A stretch of 64,000 nt of DNA from the human T2T-CHM13v2.0 reference genome, Homo sapiens, in assembly GCF_009914755.1 (NCBI RefSeq), contig NC_060926.1. One strand, written 5' to 3'. Positions within the stretch are counted from its first letter, which is position 1. Every line of letters starts with the position of its first letter. Both the position numbers and the translations under genes were made by a program. Below are positions 45,765-59,833 of this stretch, in pieces. The notes under the pieces were generated by a model. The model made no database searches. It saw only the letters and a program-made list of their open reading frames with translations, and had not been told where the DNA came from.

Positions 45765-48476
45765 TTTGTTTATTTTTTAATTAAACTTTTCAATGTTGAG
45801 ATAATTGTTGATTCACACCATGGGTTCAAATCCCCATTCCACCACCTGCGTGCTGGGGAGATCTTGGGTGTGTGGCTTAAATTCTGTTCTGTCACCTGGG
45901 GAAACAGGGATCTGAATGGTGTCTACAGCATCAGGCTATCCCCAGCCAGAGTCCTTGTCACCTATGGGCTGCCCCAGGAATACCCTAATAAACATGATTA
46001 TCAGCCTTGTGCCTTTCAACCCCATCGCCTCTGATGCAGAGGCCCTGCCGGGAAACAGCACAGTGCAGAGGTCATGGAGCTTGGATCTGAACAATCTGAG
46101 TAGGAAGTGGATTCTGCCCTGTATTCGCTGGGCGACCTTGGTCTTTCTGAACTTCCATCAAACGGTGTAACAGAGCCTTCCCTGAGGGTTGCTGTGAGAA
46201 TGAAGAGCGGATGTATGTTATGTACCTTCTGGGTTGTAGGAGTGGCACAAATGAGCGATGCCCGTTCACCTCTATCCTCTTTCTGGAGCTGGCTTTCCCA
46301 CTACTCCTTTCTCCTCACAGCCCTGCCGGTGCCCAGCCACCCTTCTCTGTTCTTCGCTGGTTAATCCATAAGGTGGTAATGACTGACAATGGCTTTTGCA
46401 TTTTAATAAGGGGCTTCATGCCTTACTCCAAAAAGAGGGCCAAATTATCATTTTTGGCACCTGAGTCACTAAGGGAGAGGTTTGTTTGTGCGTGTGGGAG
46501 GGCAGGAACCCGGGACACCTCACTGTGTGGGTGCATCAGCTACCCCACCCATGCCAGGGCCTCCACTGGTTCACATTACACATTTTTTTGCCAGTGAGAA
46601 ACCAAGGCTCGGGTTACCCCTTCCCATGCTGCCAGGGCCCCTTGTTCAGTGCATAACCTGCTCAGCTGTCCAAGGCCAACCTGCAGCTGTGTCCAGGCCG
46701 CATCTGGCTCTGGGGTCCCCGTTATCTCCCTGTCGCCCCCACCACTTCCCCACTCATGAGCAGTAGACTCCTGAGGCCCTGCAGACTGGCCACGGCTGCT
46801 ACTGGAACGGCTGCTTCCTTCCGGGCCCAGCCAGTCACCCTGCTGGAGATGAGTGGCCTCCAAGCCCCATAAAACTTGCTGCTGATCTCTTGGTTCCAGT
46901 GACTTTCCTCCTGTAGCCTCAGGACTTTCTGGAGCTCATTTGTCTAAAGAAAGAAGGGCAGGCTTTGTCCCTCCTGGGCTTATTCTCACCGAGTACTCAG
47001 CCCACCTTTCCAGCAGCTGCCATCAAGGCTGTGGTGTGAATAGGCCTCCTCTTTCCCCCTCCCTCGTAGGGAGGGCTGGGAGCAGCTCACCCACACAGGG
47101 ATGGTGGCAGAGTCTCAGCCAGCCATTGAGTGACACTGGGCACTTGTTGAGGGCCTCCCCATTCTGTCTGCCTGTCTCATATGGCTGTAAGAGGGAGTCA
47201 GGGAAGTTGCTAGGTAGTGAATGCTTTATCATTTCTAAAGTCTAGTGTAATAGTCAGTACCAATAATTACCTCAAAATCCAGACACTTAGGCATTTCTCC
47301 TTTAGAAGAGCTACTGAAATAACAGCCCCAATTAATAATATTTCTAATTATGAATTATTAACGATGGATGTGATTGCCAGCATTTGTTTTCCAGAAGGCC
47401 GGAATGAGCTTGCTGTCAGAAGAGACTGCAACACTTGACTTTAAATTCTTAAGAACTGAAGATTGTGTCTCCTTGGACATATGTAGTCTTGTGTGGCCCC
47501 AGTGTTGGTCTAACAGGCCTCAGAGGACTCCCTCTCACCTTCTGGCTAAATCCTTCACTTAGGATTGATATCTATTCTCAAGAAAAAAAACAGACCCATT
47601 TTTTCATCAAGAATAATGATTTTGTAGGGCAGTTTCCTTTTGCAAACAGTATTATGAACCATGTTTTCCAGTAATGACTATCTTTCTCTTGAAGGCACTG
47701 AAGGAGGAATCAGTCAGGCACACGTTTACCATCGCCCGCTGGCCTGGCCTCTCTCGGAGACCTGAATTAGATTTGAGTGATGTTTGTTGTGTGCCAGGCC
47801 TCTGCTAGGCTCCGTGGAAGATATGGAAATAGATCATGACAGTTCTTGCCTTTGGGGAGTTCGCTGTCTAGTAAGGGACACAGAATGTATCCGGAAATGG
47901 TTATAACAGAATTAAAAAGCACTTTGAGAGCAGGGGCTGGGGTAATGGGGGAGGCATGGATGGTTGATTATTTTTAATTAGAAGGTTTGGAAAATTCTTC
48001 CTAGGAGAAGAGGCACTGGAGATGGGCCTTGGAGAATGTGAGGATTTTAGGAATTGGACAGGGTGAAGTGAGTATGAAGGAAATTTCAAGAAAAGGAAGG
48101 TACTAGCAAGATGTAGACTGGGCAAGGCCAAGGCATATTTGGTGAATGGTAGGCCTTCAGGGATGGCTGGTGGGTCGGGCCTTTGGGAGACTATGGGGTC
48201 AGGCGGCATGAAATGAAAACATACTGTGTCCAGGCTAGGAGGGTCTTGAGGGTGTGGAATGAATCCACCCGCTCACACCTTCCTCGTGTTCCAGGTGCTG
48301 TTCCATGCACTGAGGATTCCAAAGAGAAATAATCCACAACCAGACTTACAGATAGGTTCGAGAAATAAACCCTGTTTTGCAACCCAGAGCACATTGTTCA
48401 GTATGAGTTTCGATACATATAAGAATAAATATTATGATACCAAAAAAAAAATAAAATAAAGAAAGAAATAATTCAC

Positions 48477-48775
<299 letters not shown>

Positions 48776-49035
48776 TCACAATCCTGTCCTCAAAGAGCCT
48801 ACAGTTTATTGTGGCACATAAAACACTAAAGAATTGTAAGGATGTGACAGGATCAATCCTATCTATGATGGACATAAGGTCAGAGGAGGTCGTAAGATAT
48901 AAGGTCAACTACTCTGACCTGGGAAAGAGAGTTGGGGGAAGCTGTACAGAAAAAAAGGCCACATTTGGCTTGAGTCTTGAACTGCTATCAAGCAGTTCAA
49001 TTGAGTTTTCCTTGAATTTAATCCAGAAGTTAGTC

Positions 49036-49254
49036 CAGTAGTTCTCAACTGAGGGTAATTTTGCCCCCTGGAAACATTTATCAATGTCAGGGGACATTTT
49101 TGATCATCGTGACTGGGTGGTGAGGGTGGTGCTACTAGTGTCTCATGGATGGAGGCCAGGGATGCTGCTGTACCTCCTAAAATGCACAGGGCAGCCCGCA
49201 CGGCATGGAAGGATCTGGCCCAAAAGTCAATCGCGCTGAGATTGAGAAACCTTG
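49036..49254 (+). mobile_element. MER20 (hAT-Charlie)
   Basis: cagtagttctcaactgagggtaattttgcccc...gaggccagggatgctgct...gctgagattgagaaaccttg with terminal inverted repeats. Confidence 0.88.
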
Positions 49255-49362
49255 TGTTGAAGTACATGTCAAACTCCACCACGTTGGGAACTGGGAGATG
49301 GTCGAGTAGCCAACAGCTTCCTGTGGCTTTGGGCAGGTCCCAGCTGTTTCTGGTGGGCCTCA

Positions 49363-49635
49363 TGCTATGGACTGAATGTGCCCCCTCAGAATTCATGTTG
49401 AAGCCCTAAACCTCTGTGTAATAGTATTTGGAGGTGGGGCCTTTGGAAGAAATTAGGGTTAGATTAGGTCATGATGGGACTAATGGCCTTATAAAAAGAG
49501 AAAGAGGTGCAAGATATCTCCCTCCCTCCCTGCCCCCGCCACCATCCCCGCAGCCTTCAGAACCGTAGGGGCTAAATGTCTATGGTTTCTGCCCTTCAGT
49601 CTACAGCATTCTGTGATTCTATGATAGCAGAGGGA
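49363..49635 (+). mobile_element. MaLR LTR (MLT1A-like), internally deleted
   Basis: tgctatggactgaatgtgccccctcagaattcatgttgaagccct. Confidence 0.75.
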
Positions 49636-50619
49636 GCATATTGATTTCCTCTATCTGGTCATGAGTCTGTGAAGCTGGATGTTCTTTTACACTTGTCTCA
49701 CCTCTCTAGGACATCATGAGAGGGTTGTTCAATGAATGTTCAGCTCACTCATCTTCTGGCAGGGCGTGGTTTTCATCTATCTGCAGAGTTCTGCCTCATA
49801 CATTTATGGAGTTTCTAGAGGCAGCTTTATAAAGCATGTTGGATGAGGTGTTTTGTTGTTTGTTGGGTATAGTGGATTATTTATATTGCTGGATAACTAT
49901 GTGACCCAGAGAAAAATATGCAGTATTATGCAATATTAGGATCTCTCTCTCTCACCCCACCCAGCCACATTTTCTTCACACTGTCACTCAGTCCTGGTCA
50001 CATACAGAAACCACTTTCATGGCTAGAGAGACCCTTCCCCTTGACTCAGCCTCTGACAGCCTCTCACTGCCCATCAGCTCTGGCCTTATCCCCTGGGCCT
50101 GACTTTCCCGGCCCTCCACAGCCTAACTCCAGGGACAGCTCTGCCTCATCTGGATGCCTCCTTCCCTCAGGCCGTGCCAGAGACTTGCTTCAGCCACAGC
50201 AAAACCACCATTGTTCCCCAAAAGAACACCCCTAGAGGGAAGAGACTGTGCTTAATTGCTCTAAAAGCCCAGTTCAGCAAAGACCCAGTGAATAAATGAC
50301 AGACAAATGAATGCACACTTTAAAGAGGCTTTTAGAATTCATGAGAGGCCACATGTCGAGGAGGTTGGTGATAGGAAGGCAGTGGCACCCGTGGACAGAA
50401 ACAGGGGAAAACATTTCCTCCACGAGGCAAAGAGGCCGTCTCTGTGTTGGCAAATTTGAGATGTCACTCTGCAGAGATGGAACCTGACCTCTAGGGATGT
50501 CAGTTTAGCATCTCCGTGGTTACTTCTCTGTGATTCCGCTGGCTTTCCAGTGTGGTTGGGAGATGGCTGCGTAGCTTCAAGCTCCACACCCACACAGCTT
50601 CACTGAACAGCAGGAGGGT

Positions 50620-51350
50620 GTGTATCAGTGAGCTGCTGTCATGAAAGCACTGAGTAACAAACCACCCCAAACTCAGTGACCTATAACAAATGCAACAGAC
50701 CATTTATTTTTCTTTCTCTGCAGTCTACCTGTGGGTCAGCCAGGACTGTTCTGCTTCAGGCTGAGGCGAGGCTGAGCTCGTCTCTGAGGCTTCAGGTAGG
50801 TTCAGGTCTGTTCCGCAGTCATCCTAATTTTCTTGTACTCACCAGCAACCCAGCATGTTGATTGCATGACAGATTCAGGGAGCAAATGGTAAGACCAAGC
50901 CTGTGAGAACATCGAAAGTCTGTTTCATGTCTGCTCACATGCTATTGGCCAAGCAAGGCATCTGCCCATGTCTGGGCAGATGCCTTGCTTGGCCAATAGG
51001 ACATGATGGTGGGCTGGCATGTGCATCATACCCTGAGGGGAGGGGAGGGGAATAGGAGCATCAATACTCTCTGAACAATCATCTCATCTATCACCGGGGT
51101 AGGATGTGTTCCTGAAACCCTCGGCCAGAGTTCCCCAGGGAAACTTACGTCATACTGACTAGAACCGAGTCTCGTGCCCAGCCCCAAACCAATCACTGGC
51201 AAAGAAGGATGGGCTCACTGTGAGGGATTAGACCAATTGTCATTTGGCCCTGGGCCAGGACCCTCTTCCTGTGAACACTGAATGGAGTTGGGCTCCTGTC
51301 AGCAAGGCATTGGCAGGGAATGACTATCGAGTAAGCAACCAATGTATGCC
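50620..51350 (-). mobile_element. Old MLT1 (H/J/K-like) LTR fragments
   Basis: taacaaaccaccccaaactcagtgac..., ctgctcacatgctattggccaagcaag, aaccaatcactggcaaag. Confidence 0.7.
50942..50999. repeat. Perfect inverted repeat, 27-bp arms, 4-nt loop
   Basis: ctattggccaagcaaggcatctgccca-tgtc-tgggcagatgccttgcttggccaatag. Confidence 0.98.
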
Positions 51351-52171
51351 CCAGCCGCCAGCTCTGATCAGGGTGAGGTCACTTTTCCTCTTTGGGCCCA
51401 GAGTAGCATGGAAAAGTCTCTGTGGGCCTTGCAGGGTGTTGGAAGTGTGCCCACACAAGTCTTTCCAGGTGCCACTCGCTGAAATACCTTCACTCGCTCC
51501 GTCCCCATGAGGCAGACCAGCCAGTGCACTCCCACCTCAGACGCTGGCTCACCAGGCAGCTCCTTCTGTGGGTGTGTCTGTCCTTACAGGATCCCTGGAG
51601 CAAAGGTTGCCCTCGCCAGGCACTGGCTGGCAGCTCCACGGCACAGGTGTCACATCAGGCCTGCTGCACTTGCCCCTGCTTGCCCAGGGACTTCCCTTCT
51701 AACAACGAGATCTGACAGCATCTCTAAGTTGGTAAGAACCTGGATGGCTAAACAGCCTTGGATTATTCTACCCTCAGCCTGCCTCTCTGGGCTTCAGATT
51801 GTTCATTAGAAATATTCTGGGAGATGATAGGAATTCTCACACAATTTCCCTTGCAGGAAAGTGGATTTTCTGATGGCAATGGCTATCTTGGGGGAGTAGG
51901 GGCATAAGCATTCAGCCCCTCCCGAGCAGCCAGGCTGTTTCTGGGCATCCCTCTCCATATCTGGTCCCTGAAGCTCTGGGATCCTCCTGTGAAGGCCTGG
52001 GCAGAGCATCCAAGGCAGGCAGGGGCCTTGGATTCTAACCCTAGCAAGGCCTGGACATTGCTGTGTGAAGAGGCTTTGTAGGGCCTGAAGCTTTTGCATT
52101 TGGGGAGTTTTTTCTTAAAAAAGAAAAAAAAAGGTAGAACATAATTTATAAATGCCCAACTAGGTAAGAGC

Positions 52172-52853
52172 TGTGCTGGTTAATTGTATGTGTCAACTTG
52201 GCTGGGCCACAGTGCCCAGATATTTGGTCAACCATTATTCTGGCTTTTCCTGTGAAGGTGTTTTGTGAATGAGATTAACATTTAAATTGGTGAACTCTGA
52301 GTAATGCAGATTGCCCTCCATAATGTGGGTGGACCTCACCCAATTAGCTGAAGGCCTGGCCACTCCCGAGGAGGAAGAAGCTCTGCCAGCAGGCAGCCTT
52401 CAGACTTGAACTGCAACTCTTCTGTGGGTCTCCAGCCTGCTGCCACACCCTGCGGAGTTTGTACTCCCAAGCCTCCACAGTCATATGGGCCAGTTGCTTA
52501 AAATCTCTTTCTGTCTGTCTCTTTTTCTCTATGTCTCTCTCTTTCTCCCTGTCTGTCTCTTTTTCTCTGTCCCTCTGCCTCCTTCTCTTTCTCTCTGTGT
52601 CTCTGTCTCTCTTTCTCTCTCCATCTTTATCTCTCTCCCTCTCTCCATCTCTGTCTTTCTGTATGGTCATCTCTCTCTGTGCTCTGTGTGTGTCTCTCTC
52701 TCTGTTTCTCTGCCTCTCTCTCCATCTCTCTTTTTCTCCCTCACTCTCTGATAATCTCTCTCTCTCTTTTTCTCTCTGTCTCTCTCTCTCTTTTTCTCTG
52801 CACGCACACGCATCTTGTTGCATCTGTTTCACAGAAGAATGCTGCCTGACACA
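52172..52853 (+). mobile_element. MLT2 (ERVL) LTR with expanded (TC)-rich tract
   Basis: tgtgctggttaattgtatgtgtcaacttggctgggccacagtgcccagatatttggtc...gcagattgccctccataatgtgggtgg. Confidence 0.88.
52504..52800. repeat. ~295-bp degenerate (TC)n polypyrimidine tract
   Basis: Read directly. Confidence 0.95.
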
Positions 52854-55285
52854 GGGCCTTGGAAAGACCCCACGCTATCAGAGGCCCGATGCCCAAGGTC
52901 CATTAACTTCTCTGTGGAATCATCCCTGGGAGCCGGGGTGCGCTCCCGATGCTGGTCCTCCACAGTCCCTCTCTAAGATGGTGAGGGTCTGCCCCGAGCT
53001 TGGCCTTGGTGCTGAGACCCTACACACAGACTGCAGGTCCCTGAGCACTCCCAGATAGTCAAGCATCAGGGTCCCCAGCCCTGCCTCTGGCCATCCCCCC
53101 ACCTGCAGCCCATGCACACGAGGTGAAGAAGCAGCAAGAGGCACACAGAGGGCCACCTTCTCACACCAGGATCCTTCAGCGGCTCAAGAACCCAAAGTCA
53201 CCCCAGACCCCAGGCCTGGCCATCTTTCCCTTTCCCTCAGCTGAGTTCTGATCAGCTTGCTCCTTTCCAAGTACCATTACCTGCCACTTATGGGCTGCAA
53301 AAAGAAATATATGGCAGTTCATAGATTTTCAGACATAATAAAACACCCTTGTCAAGGCCAGATTGTTGTCTGCTTGTCACTGCTAATGAGAATGTACCTC
53401 CTCTGGAGGCATTTTGAAGGGGTCGGAGCCCTGGCATGGAGCTGGGGAGCTGGGTGCTGGTTGCAGGGGAGCCACTAACTGGTCAGTGGCCTTGGTCAGT
53501 CCCATCTCCCAGGTGGCTCTCCACTGAGTACCTGGGCTTTGCTGGATGATCCATGGTCCTTGCAGTTGTGCCATCCACTGGATAGACTTTGCAACTTGCT
53601 CTGCTGCCCCCATGTGCTTGGTGACCTGGCCCTTTTGAGAAGACAGTGGGGATGGGGAAGACTTTGGGCATTGAATTGGGAACTCATTTTGTCTTGGGTG
53701 GATTCACCAAGAGGTCAAACACACTGGACAAGCAAACAAACAAGCAAATGAATAAATGCACTAATTTGAATTTTTTACAAGCACTGCTCCTGTGCTTTGG
53801 GGTGTGAGTTGATGTGTGCACACGTAGAAGCGGGGGTGGAAAGGAAGTGACCCTTGCTTGGTTTAGTTGCATTATGCAGGGACCCCTTTGGGCAATCCTC
53901 CGCAAGCAGCCAGCTTACGGGATGCGGGAGAGGGTCATTGGGCCTTCATCATCAGAGGAAGAATTCCTCCGTCTGGCTGAAGAGGAGACAGTGCATGAAA
54001 AATGGTGGCAAGGGGTCAGGAGGGGAAGGCAAGTGAGAAAACACTTTCATCTATTATCCCGGGGTCAATGGGCTCCCTCCCATCAGGGAACCTTGGGGCC
54101 GATGAATGGCCCATTGCAGGAGGTGCGGCATTGTGTAGACCGGGAGCCCACGTCACAATCCCCCAGCTCAGGACAATAGTGCCTAAGAAAGTGGTGGGTG
54201 GCTCGCCTCCCAGGAGCTGCTTCTTCTTATCAAAGGGCTTTTACCAGGAACGCCCCAGCCTGCTTAGGAAGGAGGGAGAGCTGTTTGTCCAATAATGCGA
54301 AGGCATTTCAGACTCATTCCAAATTCTCCGTCATGGCGATTAGGTTGGCCCGTATTGAATTTCCTCCAGAACCAGTGTAGGTTTCTCAGCTGTTGCCGCT
54401 CCCTAAAAGCCACACATATTCTTTGAGTTGTGTAATTTTTGTTTGAAGAACAACACATTCCTATTTAAAAAGAAGTCCAAATCCTTATGCTGAAAAAAAG
54501 ACATGCATTCCCTCCAAAGAAGATGCCTGGAGGGCCACATATGTCCAGGCTGCAGTGGGTATGCAGCACAGGAGCTGGCTCCTGGTTTGGGCAAAACCAT
54601 GGTCTTACCTTCTTCCTGGCACCTCCTTATCAATAACCCATAATTACATGTTTTAAAATATCCTGCAAATTAGTTGTGAGTCTGGCATTGTGACTACCCT
54701 TATTGAGTTGGGGTTGGTTTGCTTTCAGGGTTTCCAGAAATATGTCACCCAAATAGAGAGAATGTGATATCCTGGTTGTACCTGATGTTCTCTGCTACCC
54801 TAAGCTTTAGAAGTGGGCAGTGGCCAGAGATGTGATTTTGTGGTGTTGTTTTCACATCTGGCATGGGGCCTTGAATCTCAGATCTCAAAATGAGCCTGCC
54901 TGGCACAAAGCAACCCTCGATTTCAGATCCAGAACTAATACTTGCATAGAGACCCCCTGGGCTGCAAGGCTTTTCTGACTGTCCACAGGCAGGGATTTTG
55001 GGAGAACTGGTCCTTAGGGCCCCAGACCTTGTAAATGGCTTTCCTGCATTTTCAGTTGGCAATTTACTTAGGAAGTCAGTTGAGTGGCAGGCCCTGCACA
55101 AGGAGCTGAAAAAACAAAAAGAAAGAGGAGGTGGTCTCTGCCCGTGTTGGGGACAAATTAATAGATAGATGAATGCAAACATCTGTGGTTAGCATTATGA
55201 AAGAGCTACACATGAGGTACATACGCTACACTGTAAGCACTTGAAGCAACAACAACAGTGATTTATTTCTAGAGTATGGTAGAGT

Positions 55286-55694
55286 CTATGGTAGAGTACT
55301 TGGTTGAATAGTGCCATCCTAAATTCATGTCCACCCAGAACATCAGAATGTGACCTTATTTGGAAATAGGGTTGTTGCAGGTGTAATTTGTTAGATAGGG
55401 TCACCCTAGACTAGGGTGGGCCCTAAGTCCAACCACCGTGGTCCTCATAAGAAGGCCATGTGAAGACAGAGGCAGGGGTTGGAGTGATGTAGTTGCAAGC
55501 TGAGGATTGCTGGCCACTACCACAGGGGAGATGCAGGGAGCAGATTCTCCCTTGAAGCCTCCGGAAGGTACAGACCCTCAGGACGCCCTGTTTTCTGACT
55601 TCTGGCCTCCTGAACTGTGAGAGAATAAGTGTCTGTTGTTTTCAGCCATCATGTTTGTGGTCATTTGTTACAGCAATCCTAGGAAACTAATACA
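55286..55694 (+). mobile_element. MaLR LTR (MLT1B/C-like)
   Basis: tggttgaatagtgcc...cagaatgtgaccttatttggaaatagg...cctaggaaactaataca. Confidence 0.88.
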
Positions 55695-56636
55695 CATGGT
55701 GTGTTGTCAATTACATTTCACTGGCAGCACTGAATGAGAGTTTCCACAGTTGGATGGAGTGGGAGCTGGGTTATGGGCTAACCATGGAGACATTTGGGGC
55801 TGGGGACCACAGGTAAAGGAGGAAATGGGAACAGAGAAGAATGAAAGCACACAGAAGCTTCTGCCCTGTGGGTGGCATATGCAGGAATGAAGAGGGCACG
55901 TGGGAGTGTGGGAAGGTGGGACTGGCCAAGTGAAGAAGGACAGCTCAGAAAGACTTGGTGAGACATACTAAGGAGTTTAGGTTTTATCCTTTCCCTACCT
56001 TCCTTCCTATTTTTTTTTTTTTTTTAAATCAAATCAGTGATCTCTGTCACATAGGCATCCTACAGAATAGCAAAAGTTTCATGGATGTTGCAAGGAAAAA
56101 CAAAAGTTGCTGGCTCCTCTGTGATACAATATTGCACAGAAAAACTAAACACAAAGAGGTGCCAGATGCCAGTAGTGTGATGTGTATGATTTTAAAAAGA
56201 AAATCATTAATAAATAGTATTTCTTAGAGTCATTTATTTACCTTTTCCACAAAATACAAGGCAAGAAAACCCACACACACACACACACAAACAAAAATAG
56301 CTTTCTTCGTTGGAAGGAATTTCTGATGCTGCAGATGGATTGTTGTGGTCTTTCTGTCTCCTCTCTTCTCACTGTGCTGTAAACTCCTACATCAGGGACC
56401 TTCTCTGATTCAGCAATGCATGGATGAATGGTAGGCACTAGTGTACTGTGGAGTACAGAGGCAACTGGGTAGTGTGGCCACGAAGACCTTCCATAGGAGA
56501 GCGGATCTGAGCTCCAGCAGGATCTAAGAATAGGGTAGATAGAAGAGGGAGAGGAGGGGAATATTCTACCTATGGGAAATGTCATGAACTAAGGCACAGA
56601 AACAGTTTGTGTAAGCTGTGTCTAGAAGGAGGAAAG

Positions 56637-57347
56637 TGTAACTGCCCAATAAGTTCTCCTTATCAACTGCCTAGAGAGAGCCAATTTATCAAGACAAGGG
56701 AATTGTCATAGAGAAAGAGTTTAATTCATGCAGAGCTGACTGTACAGGAGACTTGAGTTTTATTATTATTCAAATTAGTCTCCCTGAGAATTTGGGGACT
56801 GGAGTTTTTAAGGTTAATTTAGTGGGTATGGGGCTAGTGAGTCGAGAGTGCTGATTGTTTTGCTAGAAGATGAAATCATAGGGAGTCGAAGCTGTCCTCT
56901 TGTGCTGAGTTAGTTCCCTGGGTGGGGGCCACAGGACTGGTTGGCAGGTCCAGGTGGGGCCATCCGGTTGTCAGAAATGCAAAATCTTGAAAAGATATCT
57001 CAAAAGGCCAGTCTTAGGTTCTTCAAAAGTGATGTTATCTTCAAGAGTAATTGGGAGAAGTTGAAAATCTTATGACCTCCAGAATAAAGGCTGGTGGTTA
57101 TTTAGAACCTAAGCCCCTCTCATCCTGACTTGGTGGCCTTTAATTAGTTTTACAAGAACAGTTTAGTTTTGGGGAAGGACTATTATTTAAACTATAAACT
57201 AAATTTGTTTCAAAGTTAGCTTAGCCCATGCCCAGGATTGAGAAAACACAACCAACCTGTGATGCTAGAGACAAGATGGAGTCAGCCATGTCAGTTTATC
57301 TCACTGCCATAATTTCCTCAGCTGTGACTTTTGCAAAGCTGGTTTCA
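56637..57347 (-). mobile_element. ERV1 solo LTR (LTR8/LTR8A-like)
   Basis: TG...CA termini; reverse complement starts tgaaaccagctttgcaaaa; 4-bp TSD aaag. Confidence 0.85.
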
Positions 57348-57403
57348 AAAGGAGACATGGCCATGGGAGACAAAATGGGAAGAGTTTATTAGAGCCCTAC
57401 TGG

Positions 57404-57905
57404 TGATAGCGACAGGAGGCAGGTAATTTCTTAGGCAGACAGGGCTAGGTCCCCAGTGAAATTCAACCTTTGAGCAAAGGATAATCTAAGCCTGAAACCC
57501 AAGCTGTGAGCTCTGGATAAATCCGTGGGCCAGATTGAGAACTCCCATTCCCATTTGGCATGCTGTCTCCAGATTGGTCCTTATCCTTTACCTATTTTAC
57601 ATATACCTACCCTTCCCCAATTTATCCTCTACGCTTTTGTGCCTATTTCTGAATGGTGCTTTTTCAAGCACATCCACAGACCAATCAGCATGCACTTCCC
57701 CATTTCAAGTCCATAAAACTCCTAGACTCAGCCTTGTGGCAAGCAACCCACCTTTGGGTCCCCTCTCACTGTCCAGAGCTTTTCTGTTGCTCAATAAATT
57801 CTACTTTGCCTTACTCTCTCTCCAGTGTATCCATACCCCATTCTTATCAGTCGTAGGACAAGAACTTGGAACTTGGTGAACTACAGCAGTGAAAGAGCTG
57901 CAACA
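57404..57905 (+). mobile_element. ERV1 solo LTR (LTR27/LTR28/MER50-like group)
   Basis: Starts tgatagcgacaggaggcag and ends gagctgcaaca, with internal cataaaa and aataaa. Exact family uncertain. Confidence 0.75.
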
Positions 57906-59583
57906 CTTAATGTGCAGGCAGGAGACTTAAGAATTCTTCCAATAAAGAATTGAGCCATTGATAGTTTTTGAGCAAGCCAACTTGATTTAATTCAAGTTCT
58001 TAAGATGGCAGGACCTGAGAAGTTCAGCTGATGACCAGACTTTGTGGTCTGATGGGAGAGATGTCAAATACCCCAGGGCTCCCTTATGCCATGTTCCCCC
58101 ATGTCAATTACCTTCTAGGAGAAGCTGGGGCTTGTGTCCTCACATGCTTCTTCCAAAGGGTTTCTCTAACAACCCCACTGGTCAAGATGTCACCAGAACT
58201 TGCTGCCACCCATTCTGCAGATATGGTTGTCTGCTTCTTCCCCTGCCCTGTGCCTCGTTCTGGGGTCTCAGAGCAGTTGGGGTGGTGCTAGGCCCTCTGG
58301 GACCTGCTCATGTGTGTGCCCTCAGAAATGGAGATGCAGTAGGAATCACTGGGGGTCAGGAGACCTGGGGTACCAATTGTCTCTCCCTGCTTATAGAACC
58401 ATCTCAAAACTCAGTTGAAAAAAACAGTTCTTTTGATTGCTACTTCTTGCATTGCTGAGAGCTGACTGGGCTCACCTCTGGGTCTACTACAGTCACCATC
58501 AGTAGTAACAGGAACCGGAATCACCTGAAGGTTCTGTCACTCACTTGTATGGTGCCTGAGCTGTAAAGACTCAAACATTGGGAGCTGAAACAGCTGGAGC
58601 CACACCATTTTCTCAGGCCCTTCAGGAAGTCTTCTCAGAGCTAAGCCTGTAATGACCAATTTGTCTTTCAGTAAAGCTCAGAGGACAAGTTACCCCCAAG
58701 CTAAGGAAGCTGAATTATCAAGGCTCATCATTTGCAAGTCCAAGACATATATTATGGTATAAGTACTGGGCCCCATTCGAGGTTTCTCCTTTCCTACACT
58801 CTTTCTTGCACAGGCAGTAGGATCATTGCACTAGAAATTTGGTTATAAGCATGTCACTCCTTAATTTGCTGAAAGTACCATGAAATTTCCTACAAAGCTT
58901 AAAAACTCAAATGCCTTTGGGCTATGGAGTCATCACAAAGTTGTGAAGTGGCCACAGTAGGATCACAGGGGTGAGGACTTCATTTAACTAAAGAACACCC
59001 TAAAGGCATTCACTTTCTTTTGGATACCAGATGATAATTGCTATGGATCAGATTCAGCCTGCAGGAGGCAGTGGGTTTGTGACCTTGACTTAGAGAGAAA
59101 AATATCCAACACATCACCTCTGTATTCAGGATCCACCACCCACAGTTACCCTCTCAAACCTACTGCCCATAACCACACTGCCACCCCTACACTGTAGGGA
59201 TTATCTAAATTTGTCTGGCAGTATTTGTGCTTCCTTCCTCCTTGATCCCAGTTCTGCTTTCCACTGATTGGAGAGATGTCAGACACACCACTGCTCCCTT
59301 GTGCCACGTTCCTCTGTGTCAATAACCCCCAGGAGAAGCTGGGGCACGTGTCCCCAAAGTCTTCTTTCAAAGGATTTCTCTTTCTCCAGGTAGCAGAATC
59401 TTACCTGACTGTCATAGTCCAGCTCAGATCTCATCTTCTAGAAACTTCCCTGATCTCCAAGATCCTTATTGTCAGTCTGCATAATGAATTCATCATGGAG
59501 CCTTTGGGGTTTCTCTTCTACCATTGTCTTGAAGTATTGGGAAAGTGTGGGTTGTTGTTTTTTGCCTCCCCTCTTCATAACTA

Positions 59584-59833
59584 GGGTGCAGTGGTATGAT
59601 CATAGCTTACTGCAACCTCGAACTCTTGGGCCCAAATGATCCTCTCACCTCAGCCTCCCTAGTAGCTGGAACTAGAGGTGTGCATCACCATGCCTGACTA
59701 ACTTTTAAAATTTTTTGTAGAGATGAGGTTTTGCTATGTTTCCCAGGCTGGTGTCGAACTTTGGCCTCAAGCAATCATCCCACACAACCTCCCAAATTTC
59801 TAGGATTAAAGGCATGAGACTTCCTGCCTGCCC
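59584..59833 (-). mobile_element. AluJ lacking its 3' tail
   Basis: Starts abruptly at gggtgcagtgg with no T-tail. Confidence 0.88.

Noticed and set aside
52344-53058. 162-aa Arg/Glu-rich and 199-aa Ser/Leu-rich ORFs
   Set aside because: They result from the stop-poor (TC)n tract.
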